In this document: positions 50,601 to 59,400 of the stretch, piece after piece
How the letters are laid out: each line of letters opens with the position of its first letter
Numbering within the stretch: the stretch's first letter is position 1
Assembly: GCA_965235115.1 (NCBI GenBank)
Contig: OZ249436.1
Span: 20,646,001-20,710,000, forward strand
DNA: 64,000 nt
Direction of reading: 5' to 3'
From: Laetmonice hystrix
Lineage: Eukaryota
Translations under genes and position numbers: made by a program
Notes under the pieces: model-generated
What the model was told of the DNA's origin: nothing
Database searches by the model: none
What the model saw: only the letters and a program-made list of their open reading frames with translations

Positions 50601-53600
50601 CAAACATAACTGGGTAGGAGGGCGGGGGGGGGGCATCTCCCCTTTACTACATGTGGGAACACTACAGGCCCTGACCTATCCTTGGGTGTCGAAAATCTCT
50701 CAAAGTGATTGGGTTTAAACGGACCACACCAAAACTGTAGCCTACCTGGCACACCGGTAGGCCTACATAAATCTACGTTCATTACTTCTCTGTGGCAACC
50801 CTTAAAGTGCCCAATAATACAGAACCTCGTGTGCTCAACACATCCTTGGTCTCAGAACTTGGAGAAACTTTTCTGGTCTATGTCTGGTCTATAACAAGCC
50901 TTGTTATATCCTCATTCTAAGACTCTGTGATCATGGAATGTCCTGTTGATACACATTTATTTTTAGATCCATACACGGCTAATAACTTCGCGTACGGAGG
51001 CCGCGTTCTATTTTTAACATTACCTGAAAATGCAATATTGAAATAAACCGCCGTCATATGCAGTTTCAGAAAACAGATCAAGAATTAAACTCACTTCATT
51101 GAGAAGAGCTTACCATGGGCAGTGCTTCATAAACGAGTGAACAACAGTTAGCATGTGCATGTTGGGTGCAATTAATACACTAGCTGACAAAGCTGTGCTG
51201 TTGTTGCAGCATGTGCTCGTGTTCATGTGTCCCGCTGCTTGCTGTACCTCTGAAGGCACTGAGCATCACCGGCGCGGACAGCACAAGTCAAAACCAACAT
51301 CCATGCAGTCAATTAGGCAGTCTACTGGTGGAACAACCGCTTTATCTATGCCATCAAATATAGCACAACACGTCTGGGGATACGGGCTTTTATCATCAGT
51401 AGTAGTAGTGTCATTCGTCTGTTCGTAACAGTTAAAAACTTGGGACATTTCGTGTTTAGAATTTTTTAGAAGTTACAGCAAATTCATTATTCAAATGAAT
51501 ACAGAAACACTGGAACCAAACTATTTAGAAGAAGCTATTATACTTTCCCATTTTAAAAGAATAATGTGGTTTTGAAATACTTACTTTTCTTCCCGGCCAT
51601 CCTGGTAATCCTATTATTCCCTGGAATACAAGTAATCACACGGGTGTGATGGTTAAGTGCCTGAGACCAGCACAACTCTTCACCCCATACAACAACCACC
51701 TCTGGAGACAACCTGGAGCTGCAGCGCCCACCCACGGCAGCTCGGGGAGTTATAACGTAACACTCCAGCGGGCGCTGTACTTTTTTACCTCACAGCACCC
51801 ACAACGCGGCAGCTGTGAACTTCGGGTTAGCTTTGTCACAAACAGGACAGGTCAATTCAAACATCCATTATGTAGGAAAAAATATCCTACACCGTGATAG
51901 GATATTCTTCCCTGTGTGTGTATATACCGGTACCCTTGAGGTCAACTGACCGTGAGGAAAAAATGGTTTGGATTGCTCTGGTTATTGTTATTGATTGTGA
52001 CGATGCACTTTGTTGGCATTATGGATAACACACATGAGAGGTGGGTGACCTGGATGACCAGAGAACATCCAGTATATAGAGAAAGAAAGAGTCCAGGATA
52101 GAGAAGTGATGAGATGCACTGGGCGGTTACAACTATTAGCATTCTAAATTGTACCCTTCCAATGCTAATAATTATAACACGGCCGTAATATCAAGCACGC
52201 AGTGTGATGGTAAACACATAGACATGTATGTGTATACACGTATTTGTGTCAGTAAAACCTAATCTATGGTATATACCGGAAAACCATTTCTTCCTGGCAA
52301 GCCCACAAGGCCCTGAAAACAAAGCAAAAACACAGTGAACACAGGAGCGCATGCAGAATGTTATCAAACAGACCTAGTACGGTATATTTCTCTTTAGCAT
52401 GTGGTTTCTTTTAGGGTTACAATATGTCTGTCACTTGCCTGTCAGACCAAAAAGCAAGGTCATCATGATTATAAAGCTTGTTTCTATCATACAGTCAGGT
52501 TTAGCCCAGGCTGCCCTGTACTTATATAGTTGAAGGAGAAGCCATTCTCTATGACGTCCTAGAGACAAGCCCATATACACACTGCAGTCGTTGAAAGTAA
52601 TCTTAACGGCCTGGTAAACGGTAGGCAGTGATGCCATAGATATTATGCTCTTCCATATAATTGCTCATATCCATTCCCTTAAACTACACAGTGACTAGAA
52701 AAACTAACTTAATTTTTAAAAATTTAACAGCGTACTATCTTAATTGAAACAAAAACAGCACAAACAAACTTAATGAGCCGACATCGAAAAATATCAAATA
52801 TGCAACCAATACAAAATAGTATTAACAAGTTTAGCTACATATTGATTATACAATAACACATTGCATATGGTATTGATACGAGAAAACAGTATACTATTAA
52901 CTTGTTCAGTTATACAGAAAACTTCTTAAAACCACTTATTTTGAAAACTTAAATTAAAATTAAACTGAGAAGCTAAATAATCTAATTATTTCACATATAA
53001 ACATGATTACGTGATTATGTATCTCTCAGAGTTTTTAATAATTCAGAACAATTAAAATGTATTAAAATTCTGAAAATTCTATTTCTTTCCTTTTGGGGTG
53101 TTAAGTTCTCAACTTCCCACTACACCGCCTAACCCCACCTGCAGTTTGAACATGTTGCATATGTAAGCCATCGGGGGCGGGAGGGCTGCCACATCAAACC
53201 GGAAGCCATACTTGTTGGCATGGTTACAGATAAATGCAAATGCCAGCAGATACTGTAAACACTGGAGAGAACACCATGTTTTTTTCTTACTTATACTTCC
53301 CCCAGATATCAAATGAACATTTACCAGGGAAATTCATGTAATTATTCAGTAATATCAACTCCTTTCACCGATAACTAAACGTAGATTTCATACTTTGTTA
53401 CCTAGACTATATTGAAGAACATAAAAGAACTTCAGTATCCAAAAAGCTGTGAAATTTAATAAAATACAAAGTATTCTCTTCAAAGGTTGTGGTGACCTGT
53501 CCAGTGTCTACGATAGCACAGATCCGTTATTAATCCTACCGAGTCGACCTTATTACTACATGGTACATTAATCGGTCAATGAATTAAAACCCTCACTTTA

Positions 53601-53923
53601 CTAACATATTTACTATAGCACTGAATTATCCAGCAATATTATATTAATAAGCCAGTGCTTTGACTCTAATAAATTTATATTGGATGTGCGACTATATTTT
53701 TTTTACAAGAATGTTAACGTGGATCTAGTTAGAAGATAAAACTACAAGGTTGCTCGCACACTACTGTTGTGTACACGGATTAGTAAGATTATCGTACGCT
53801 GGGGTAGGGGCGGAGGGTGAGCTGGCTCAGGATGAATACTTACAGGTGGGCCGGGGTCACCCTTATCACCTTTCAGACCCTTCTTGCCTCGTTCACCTGG
53901 CGGACCTGGTGGGCCCGGTGGAC
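5553..53923 (-). CDS. Multi-exon MACIT collagen (collagen alpha-1 XIII/XXIII/XXV-like, type II membrane collagen family); 5'-incomplete in this window
   Basis: About 33 GT-AG-bounded exons join in frame into Gly-X-Y repeats with short interruptions. The C-terminal [10 protein letters not shown](D/N)GLP(L/V)PGC matches the NC4 end of vertebrate COL13A1/COL23A1/COL25A1 (GLDAPCPLGxDGLPxxGCW). Several exons resemble COL13A1 exons ([41 protein letters not shown]). No TM/NC1 exon was found. One-to-one orthology is not resolvable by eye, so no symbol is given. Confidence 0.93.
7271..7526. mobile_element. MITE-like element with about 45-bp imperfect terminal inverted repeats
   Basis: Left cagcagcgtaaagttaggatcccattcaggatccgattcga versus reverse complement of right cagcagtgtgaagttaggatgcgattcaggatgcgattcga; TTAA at both outer edges. 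Confidence 0.65.
8670..8789 (-). CDS. NC4 exon copy B: [40 protein letters not shown]
   Basis: atccatag|ggt...cag|gtaatg; 120 nt; second copy of the MACIT C-terminal signature. Confidence 0.88.
9966..10049 (-). CDS. NC4 exon copy A: [28 protein letters not shown]
   Basis: ggagcag|ggc...gag|gtaacg; 84 nt; MACIT C-terminal signature; read-through would stop at 9801. Confidence 0.9.
10887..10940 (-). CDS. Collagen exon [18 protein letters not shown] (basic cluster)
   Basis: tgttacag|ggt...cag|gtaggt; 54 nt. Confidence 0.93.
11164..11199 (-). CDS. Collagen exon [12 protein letters not shown]
   Basis: attttcag|ggt...aag|gtacaa; 36 nt. Confidence 0.92.
12700..12771 (-). CDS. Collagen exon [24 protein letters not shown]
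   Basis: tctgacag|ggg...atg|gtgagt; 72 nt. Confidence 0.92.
13932..13991 (-). CDS. Collagen exon with imperfection [20 protein letters not shown]
   Basis: tcgtgtag|gga...ccc|gtaagt; 60 nt. Confidence 0.9.
15305..16523. repeat. 47-bp minisatellite, about 26 copies (ctcattccgcctgtattcccatactatttcccgtgtatcatattgtt)
   Basis: Visible periodicity; source of the spurious 439/400-aa ORFs. Confidence 0.97.
16823..16867 (-). CDS. Collagen exon [15 protein letters not shown]
   Basis: ttacatag|gga...ccc|gtaagt; 45 nt. Confidence 0.92.
17513..17548 (-). CDS. Collagen exon [12 protein letters not shown]
   Basis: gttgttag|ggt...aag|gttaat; 36 nt. Confidence 0.88.
18475..18507 (-). CDS. Collagen exon starting with a non-Gly residue, [11 protein letters not shown]
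   Basis: tgttccag|ata...atg|gtaagg; 33 nt; parallels the VPGLPG... interruption in COL13A1. Confidence 0.88.
19460..19549 (-). CDS. Collagen exon [30 protein letters not shown]
   Basis: gtgagcag|gga...ccg|gtaagt; 90 nt. Confidence 0.92.
20826..20897 (-). CDS. Collagen exon [24 protein letters not shown]
   Basis: gtatccag|ggt...cct|gtgagt; 72 nt. Confidence 0.93.
21105..21194 (-). CDS. Collagen exon [30 protein letters not shown]
   Basis: ggctgcag|ggt...cag|gtacac; 90 nt. Confidence 0.92.
21543..21614 (-). CDS. Collagen exon [24 protein letters not shown]
   Basis: acttacag|gga...aag|gtaaca; 72 nt. Confidence 0.93.
22432..22725 (-). CDS. Candidate 98-aa non-collagenous cassette exon [98 protein letters not shown]
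   Basis: tccctttccactag|aaa...gag|gttaga; 294 nt, open, phase 0-0; a GC/CpG-rich island in an AT-rich intron. Confidence 0.55.
24135..24254 (-). CDS. Collagen/NC exon [40 protein letters not shown]
   Basis: tgtttcag|ggt...aag|gtcaga; 120 nt; the NC-to-COL junction ...[12 protein letters not shown] is typical of MACITs. Confidence 0.93.
25509..25814 (-). CDS. Large 306-nt collagen exon (102 aa, GRPGLNGTQ...GEPGLPGKA)
   Basis: actttcag|ggc...gca|gtgagt; 34 triplets with one Ala at a Gly position (codon 25749-25751). Confidence 0.93.
26590..26690 (+). repeat. Purine-rich GGGGA/GAGA simple repeat (G-quadruplex-capable)
   Basis: Many G4 runs on the + strand. Confidence 0.8.
26724..26786 (-). 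CDS. Collagen exon [21 protein letters not shown]
   Basis: aattacag|gga...ccg|gtttgt; 63 nt. Confidence 0.9.
27093..27143 (-). CDS. Collagen exon with imperfection [17 protein letters not shown]
   Basis: gtgttctag|ggc...agg|gttggt; 51 nt, phase 0-0; its acceptor is the last unit of the 45/42-bp minisatellite. Confidence 0.75.
27131..27530. repeat. 45/42-bp minisatellite, about 9 units, overlapping the acceptor of the 27093-27143 exon
   Basis: Unit on the minus strand is gattgatagtagtgtttgtgggtgttctag-g(c/g)cctcacaggata(g/t), or a 42-bp variant with gtgtaag. Confidence 0.95.
29877..29957 (-). CDS. Collagen exon [27 protein letters not shown]
   Basis: tggttcag|ggt...atg|gtgcgt; 81 nt. Confidence 0.92.
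30736..30779 (+). repeat. (GGGGAT)n simple repeat
   Basis: Direct reading. Confidence 0.85.
30804..30866 (-). CDS. Collagen exon [21 protein letters not shown]
   Basis: gtatatag|ggt...cag|gttcgg; 63 nt. Confidence 0.9.
31290..31325 (-). CDS. Collagen exon [12 protein letters not shown]
   Basis: ttttttag|gga...ccg|gtaagt; 36 nt. Confidence 0.92.
31550..31576 (-). CDS. Collagen exon GPQGPPGPA
   Basis: atttatag|ggt...gca|gtatgt; 27 nt. Confidence 0.9.
31830..31928 (-). CDS. Collagen exon [33 protein letters not shown]
   Basis: cctgacag|gga...cag|gtaaaa; 99 nt. Confidence 0.93.
32561..32632 (-). CDS. Collagen/NC exon [24 protein letters not shown]
   Basis: gtttacag|gga...aag|gtaagg; 72 nt. 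Confidence 0.92.
33505..33543 (-). CDS. Candidate micro-exon [13 protein letters not shown]
   Basis: C-rich tract then ccaccag|att...cca|gtgagt; 39 nt, phase 0-0, strong donor. Confidence 0.3.
33718..33789 (-). CDS. Candidate non-collagenous exon [24 protein letters not shown] (an in-frame upstream acceptor at 33876 would add 29 aa)
   Basis: ttttttgcag|ggc...aag|gtacac; 72 nt, phase 0-0; its end resembles the ...IVTLK end of the exon at 32561-32632. Confidence 0.55.
34242..34313 (-). CDS. Collagen exon [24 protein letters not shown]
   Basis: gtctgcag|ggt...aag|gtaagc; 72 nt. Confidence 0.93.
34528..34563 (-). CDS. Collagen exon [12 protein letters not shown]
   Basis: tacattag|ggt...ccg|gtaagt; 36 nt. 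Confidence 0.9.
34719..34754 (-). CDS. Collagen exon [12 protein letters not shown]
   Basis: ttttctag|ggt...gcc|gtgagt; 36 nt. Confidence 0.92.
36768..36803 (-). CDS. Collagen exon [12 protein letters not shown]
   Basis: tgtttcag|gga...ccg|gttcgt; 36 nt; resembles COL13A1 GQPGTRGFPGFP. Confidence 0.88.
39917..39985 (-). CDS. Collagen exon with interruption [23 protein letters not shown]
   Basis: tatttcag|gga...ccg|gtgagt; 69 nt. Confidence 0.9.
42830..43690 (+). mobile_element. Decayed non-LTR retrotransposon (CR1/L2-like) 3' fragment
   Basis: Broken frames give [24 protein letters not shown] (cf. KDLGV..D..LSF.SH....KANKTLGII) and TFSLFVRVW...[11 protein letters not shown] (cf. FFS.RVVNVWN.LP....SLNSFK.R). 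Confidence 0.45.
43932..43958 (-). CDS. Collagen exon GDRGSQGPK
   Basis: ttttacag|ggg...aag|gtgagt; 27 nt. Confidence 0.9.
46560..46735 (-). mobile_element. Second tRNA-derived SINE copy (diverged V-SINE-like)
   Basis: + strand ggtaggaaaccggaggacccccgggaaaacc and ggattcgaacccgg (reverse B-box), same layout as 300-520. Confidence 0.6.
46721..47035. repeat. About 86-bp unit triplicated (SINE end plus MITE-like start), with inverted pair gaggatttcccccgg / ccgggggaaatcctc
   Basis: Units start near 46721, 46803 and 46890; inverted match about 46766-46780 versus 47021-47035. Confidence 0.8.
47514..47700. repeat. GC-rich 16-bp tandem array (cggactggggccagcc), about 12 copies
   Basis: Visible periodicity. 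Confidence 0.92.
51585..51620 (-). CDS. Collagen exon [12 protein letters not shown]
   Basis: tattccag|gga...aaa|gtaagt; 36 nt. Confidence 0.85.
52277..52312 (-). CDS. Collagen exon [12 protein letters not shown]
   Basis: gttttcag|ggc...ccg|gtatat; 36 nt. Confidence 0.85.
53844..53923 (-). CDS. Collagen exon, first COL exon seen: (G)[26 protein letters not shown]
   Basis: tttgcag|gt...cct|gtaagt; 80 nt with a phase-1 start, as expected after the NC1 CxCP exon of MACITs. Confidence 0.92.
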
Positions 53924-56029
53924 CTGCAAAGATGCAAAAACACCGATTTGTAACATCGTAGACAAGATGTGCCCTCAGTTGTCCCCCAATAAATAAATAA
54001 AAAAAAGACAATGTTGTTTTCAAGGTCTCTAACCAAGAGCTGCGGTTTAACGATGTCCAACAGAGAGTGGTAATTAAGAGCATTGGTCTCCTATGGTGGT
54101 TATCCATGCAATTTCCTTTCGATATCTGGAAGGGTGATTGCTTGGTTGCTTTATTTCAAATTCAAATGGAGTTTCTGCTATTGATGCAATCAGGAGAGGG
54201 ATGGATAAGGCGCAAACATTTGATTGGGTTCAATCCTTTAAAATCAAGAAAACGCGAAGAAAAACGCCTGTATAAGATCATTGTTTTATACACACTCCCA
54301 CCCGCCAAGAACATGGCCTTTACTAATGAGACAATCAAAAAGGACACGTGGCCACATCCTTCTTACAATACTTCCATGTCAAGGATTGACCTTTTCTCCA
54401 GGAAGAAGCTGGTTAAGACCTTACAGTGCAGTCCTCCTGCATGTCCTGGATCCAGGGTCATATATTCTGCTCAGCCTGGGCTGTGTTGAGAGTGCAACCC
54501 GTTCCCGGTACAATGAGGACAAAAATAGGATCCATTTGGGATTGTTTTGGTGCACTCTGCTCAATTGAAATATGTTCCATCCAGAAGGTACAGGAAAAAG
54601 ACTAGCGTCGAAAGGTCAACCGTACAATTCACCCTGTCAGTTTTACGAGCCATTCACCCACAAACTTCTCGGGACTAGATAGGCCTATTTGTATCCCATC
54701 AATCTTGTCAGCCTTTCGCCCTGCACACATATCATCTCTCGATCCATTGTGTTTGCGCATTTCTCTGGTCTAACCCGGGCAATGACAAGTGATGAAACAC
54801 CTGCCATCTTATGCCGCAGTTCTGTGGTCGGGTGCAGAAAATACTGTCTACCTGAACACAACACTGATACGGAGCAGGAAGCGGGAGAGGGGGGGGGGTG
54901 GGCAGGGGTGAGGTAGGCTCGGCTAGGTGTCAGAGGGATGCTGGGATGCCACACCCATGAGTGTAGGTTAAGCCTGGCGGGGCAGCCAAGGTCAAGCCTG
55001 GGCTGGCTGCCTGATAGCTCGGCTCGACTCCCAACATACCAGGTCTGATTGACACTGCTATGGATTCCACTCTAATGGAATATGACAAGGTCCGTGTCCC
55101 ACATCCATACGAATTTCCCCAAGATTAATGCCGCCATTCTTTACTGTCATGACAGACCCAAGAAGATAATGCTTGCTCCGTAGCGAGTCCTGTGTTTAAA
55201 TCTGAGGAGTGGGTCTGCTATCGGATGACACACAAACCTCACCTGTGGGTTACCTCGCTCAGAGAAGGGGGCCAAGGATTAGGGATAATCTCAGTAAACC
55301 CACTAGGAAGGACACCTACCGGGCGCACACAGTGACACCTGTCGTCAAGCGTTGATAACATATACCCCACTTGTTACTCAAGTACCCGGAATCTTTGATG
55401 TCATAACATATAAAAGAGTAGGCTAGGCCGGGTGTATACATTAAATGTTCAGGGGAAACGGTCTAAAAATCAACTGATACCTGAATCAAGACTGGATTCA
55501 ATTTGTTCAGTGTTCATTTACGTAATTCATCAGTTTATTAACACCCCCGTAGCACTTGACGTATTATATACCAATCACCAATCAACAGTCTCCTCATGCC
55601 TCATTCTGACGGCCGGTAAAACCCATCAACAGTCAACCAACATTTACACCACCAGTGACGTGCTACACGCCTCGTAGCACGTGGTAAAAAGACCCCACAA
55701 AACGTCAATCACTTCAGGCAAGTTCTCCCATCTATTTTTGCCACGAACTATACAGTAACATATAGCATGGTATAGTAAATCCTCTCGGATGGGTGTGGGT
55801 GACATGATAAAGTAGTGGAAGGCCATCAAACGTGACCATGGCCCAGAGTCCCACACCGGGACAGCTCATATCCTGTCCGCTCACCACGGGTTACGTTCCG
55901 TAATGTCGGATCTGACCTCGGCCCCATACGTGGGAGCTGGGCCCAGGCGGCGAGATGCTACCTGGTGCTACGGCAATAACTTGTGATGTACCGTGACGGG
56001 CTGAGCGACCCACCATGTTTCCTGATACA

Positions 56030-56340
56030 GGAAGCAAAAGTAGAAACATTCCCCCTCCTAAAGCTCCGCCACTGTAGCTCACAGTTAACAGTTCCCAAGT
56101 TCTCAACCAGAACTCCGCCATTCAAAACAAAAACAAAACAAAAAAAGAAAGAACTAGTGTACAAGCGGTTGTTCACAAGTTCACACATGAATACAGTGTC
56201 CTGCCAGAAGCTTAGCATCGTCTTCAGCAAAAGTAGAAACATTCCCCCCGCCTAAAGCTCCACAACTGTACCCCACATGCACTCAACAGTTCCCAAACTA
56301 CCATAATTCCGACTTTCAACAACCACCCAACCCCCCAACC

Positions 56341-56372
<32 letters not shown>

Positions 56373-56420
56373 AAAAACAACTAGTGGACAAGCGATTTAC
56401 TGAAGTTGAAGTTCAAGCGA
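56030..56420. repeat. Diverged tandem duplication of about 195 bp
   Basis: agcaaaagtagaaacattccccc..cctaaagctcc and aactagtg.acaagcg each occur twice at the same spacing. Confidence 0.75.
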
Positions 56421-59400
56421 TTCCTCGTCAGCCAAAGAACAGTAAGCTCATAACGGTAAGGGTCACTGGCTTTTTGACCCTCCTTTGTTGCCCCACCACC
56501 GACATTTATTTTTGGGGAGAGACCAGACTACAGTGGTATCAGGCTAATCTTCAGTAACTTTTAGTGCCCCACCCCCTTAACACGTCCTCTGTACGCCCCT
56601 TGACCTGGTCTACGTACAGCGAGATAGGCTTACTTCGCACCAGGGCACTCCTCCGTCCACCGTACTTATTTCTCATTCACGTTCACATTTTCACTTTCTT
56701 GTATACACAGAGTAAACGCGACGTTACCTCTGCATGAAGCTGGCACACTGACAGGCAAACACAGGTAGACTGGGGGCAGGCGACCACTGATTCCTTTGAT
56801 CTCAAAATTTGCAACCAATGCTCCCTGTCTTCTAGCAAAGAGGCTAGACTCCTTGAAACGAGGACTGAATTACCCAACTCCAGAACCACAGTAGGGGCCT
56901 AATGTGACTCAGGATTATCTTGTCTAGGTCAATGCTCTTACGTCAAACTAATTACCGTGTAAATATTCCAAGCCAAATAAATCCAAGGTCTGACGAGATG
57001 ACAACACTCCTGATTGGTTGAACAGGATCACGTGACAGTCCACGTGACAGTAAAACCTCGCGCGCGTGCCGTTCACAATAATTACCGGTATGTTTGGACA
57101 AAAGGGCAGGGTTAGAAAAACACACACTCAGAACTCGAGCACCAACTTGGGGCGTAGACAGTTAAAAAACATCAAATACTGCCGACTCTTCCCAGAGATG
57201 CCACACGCATACCATAGTCAAAACACAAGGCAAAGTGAATTTCTAGCCTTTTAAGAAATTTACAAAGAATGTCTCGAACGGCATGATGTCCGAAAGCTGC
57301 TATAAGTTTCTTTTTTGTATACTCATTTTTCGCATGGAGGTTCATAAAATGCCGTAACTATGATTCCTTAATCGGTGAAGTTTAACCTTGGTGGTTAAAA
57401 AAGTAAACTTGAATATTTCGGGACCAATATCATGTTGGACTCTTTGTTAGGTGGACCATGCCACTAAATCAGATGGTCCCATATAGTTCTACTCTTGAAA
57501 GTGGATAGTTAATGGCAGAGGTGTAGTGAAGCGAAGATACGTGTGAGAATGTGTTGCAGTCTGGTTTGTCCTAGCTGTACTACTATTTCCAGGGCGGTCG
57601 ACCTTAGCGCGCCCACTACCCGATGATGGAGCTCCTCCCTGAAATACAGCCTTGCCCCGAGCAGCCATTCAGTGCCGTCCCAGGTGGGCATCAATAACGG
57701 TCAGTCCGACACCACAGCTGGTAACGGCAACACTTTACGACGCCTGGCCGACACAACGGACGGCTAACCACACCACACCCTGTGAGGGCCGGCCCGGCTC
57801 TGGGACACACCCTACCGGGGTGGACAGTCAGGGGGCACAGTCAAAACGGCTGCTCCATCGTGGGGGTCATTCTTGGTCTCTTGACACATCAACCTTCAGG
57901 GGTAGGCCTATTGTTTTTGTTTTTGTTTAAAGAATAGATCACAGTTGTCATAGACCCTCTCCAGCCTAAATGATATAACTGTAAGACAATAACGTCAATA
58001 TCACCCAAAAAGACCTTTTCGGTGTTTGACTCCGCAGTCAAGCCTGACAAAGGTCATGTCAGAAGTAGAATGAAGTTAAGGGCGGGATTGATGCAAACAG
58101 ATTTACTTCAATGGTGGAATTTAAGTTTTTGGCAGGTCCTTTTAAAAAGGTTGCGGGTTCATGGTTCCACTGCCCCCCCCCCCGTTCCGACATCACAGAG
58201 ACACCACCACTTTACCCTTATCCTACACTGTTTTTCAGATAAATGTTTAAAGTAGTCAGGCAGCTCACAAGGTATCCGTGGCAGATGGCCAAGATATTCT
58301 CTATCATCAGACTTAAATTTCACCGATGGTCATAAATCTGAAATAACATATGTATAAATCAGGTACAGCTGAGTTACAGCGAAGAGGGCGTCCAAGGCTC
58401 ACTTTAATCCCTAGAATTTTTCTCGAAATAAACTTGCAGTTGCCGTGTTAGATTACCCTTGGATTGAACTATAGAAATACCACTTTCCTGCGATAAAATC
58501 GGCTGACATTTTGATTTGTATTTCATGTACCTCGGTTAAATAATTTATAAATCTCTAAAATAGATTTAACTACACATATAACAATATATTTTCAAGGAGC
58601 AATTTTTTCCTTCTTATAGAACGCATTCTGTTGAAACTGTGTACTGACTGTTGCCTACAAGGTTTAGTCGAACATTCAATTACATAAAACACTGAACATT
58701 TCTGTACATCTTCGGTTTACACTGTGACTCCCAGGGTGGTTCAAGTGATTTTATTCCTAATCCATATAGACAGTGATTTATGACCCTTACACGGTACTTG
58801 AGACTCTCTGTATTATGCAAACTCCATGCCACACCTCCAGAACATCTTGGCTCTTTTTCGTGGTGCTCAAAAAAGTAATCTACATAATATGTAAAGGGAA
58901 CGTCCCTTCAAGCAAGGTAACTCGCCAAAACCTATCAAACTAAAAGATAAATCTGTTTATGTTTACAATCAGGCCCCGTTTTGTACCACTGCCATTTCTG
59001 ACAGACAGATATATATTACCAGTCACCTTGAGTCTGTACATTTTCATTGGAATGCCGTCTTCAACAAACAAATTTCTTTCAAGACGTTCGCCAGGATGGG
59101 GCCACTTAAACTGAGGTCTGTTTAGTATTCCTCGGTTTATATCATCCAAATGTCACTCTCCACCGTATCAACACCCTGCACATGTTTGCACTGGCAGCCG
59201 TTTGAATAGGGTTGTATGGAGAGCATAAACAGTTTACACGGATTCCCAGTCAGAAACACACTGCAACTGCTTTGGAATGCCTAATGTGAACGCTACCACG
59301 ACATGCTCCATCGCCGTACAGAATGCCGGCTATTTTTGTTGGCAATGAGAAAAGTTCCCTTTCCAGTTAGACATGTCAGATCGCCTACCAACCCTGCAAA

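Noticed and set aside
54770-54815. RCFITCHCPG|gttaga as the missing NC1 CxCP exon
   Set aside because: In-frame stop just upstream, poor acceptor, and no furin site or coiled-coil context.
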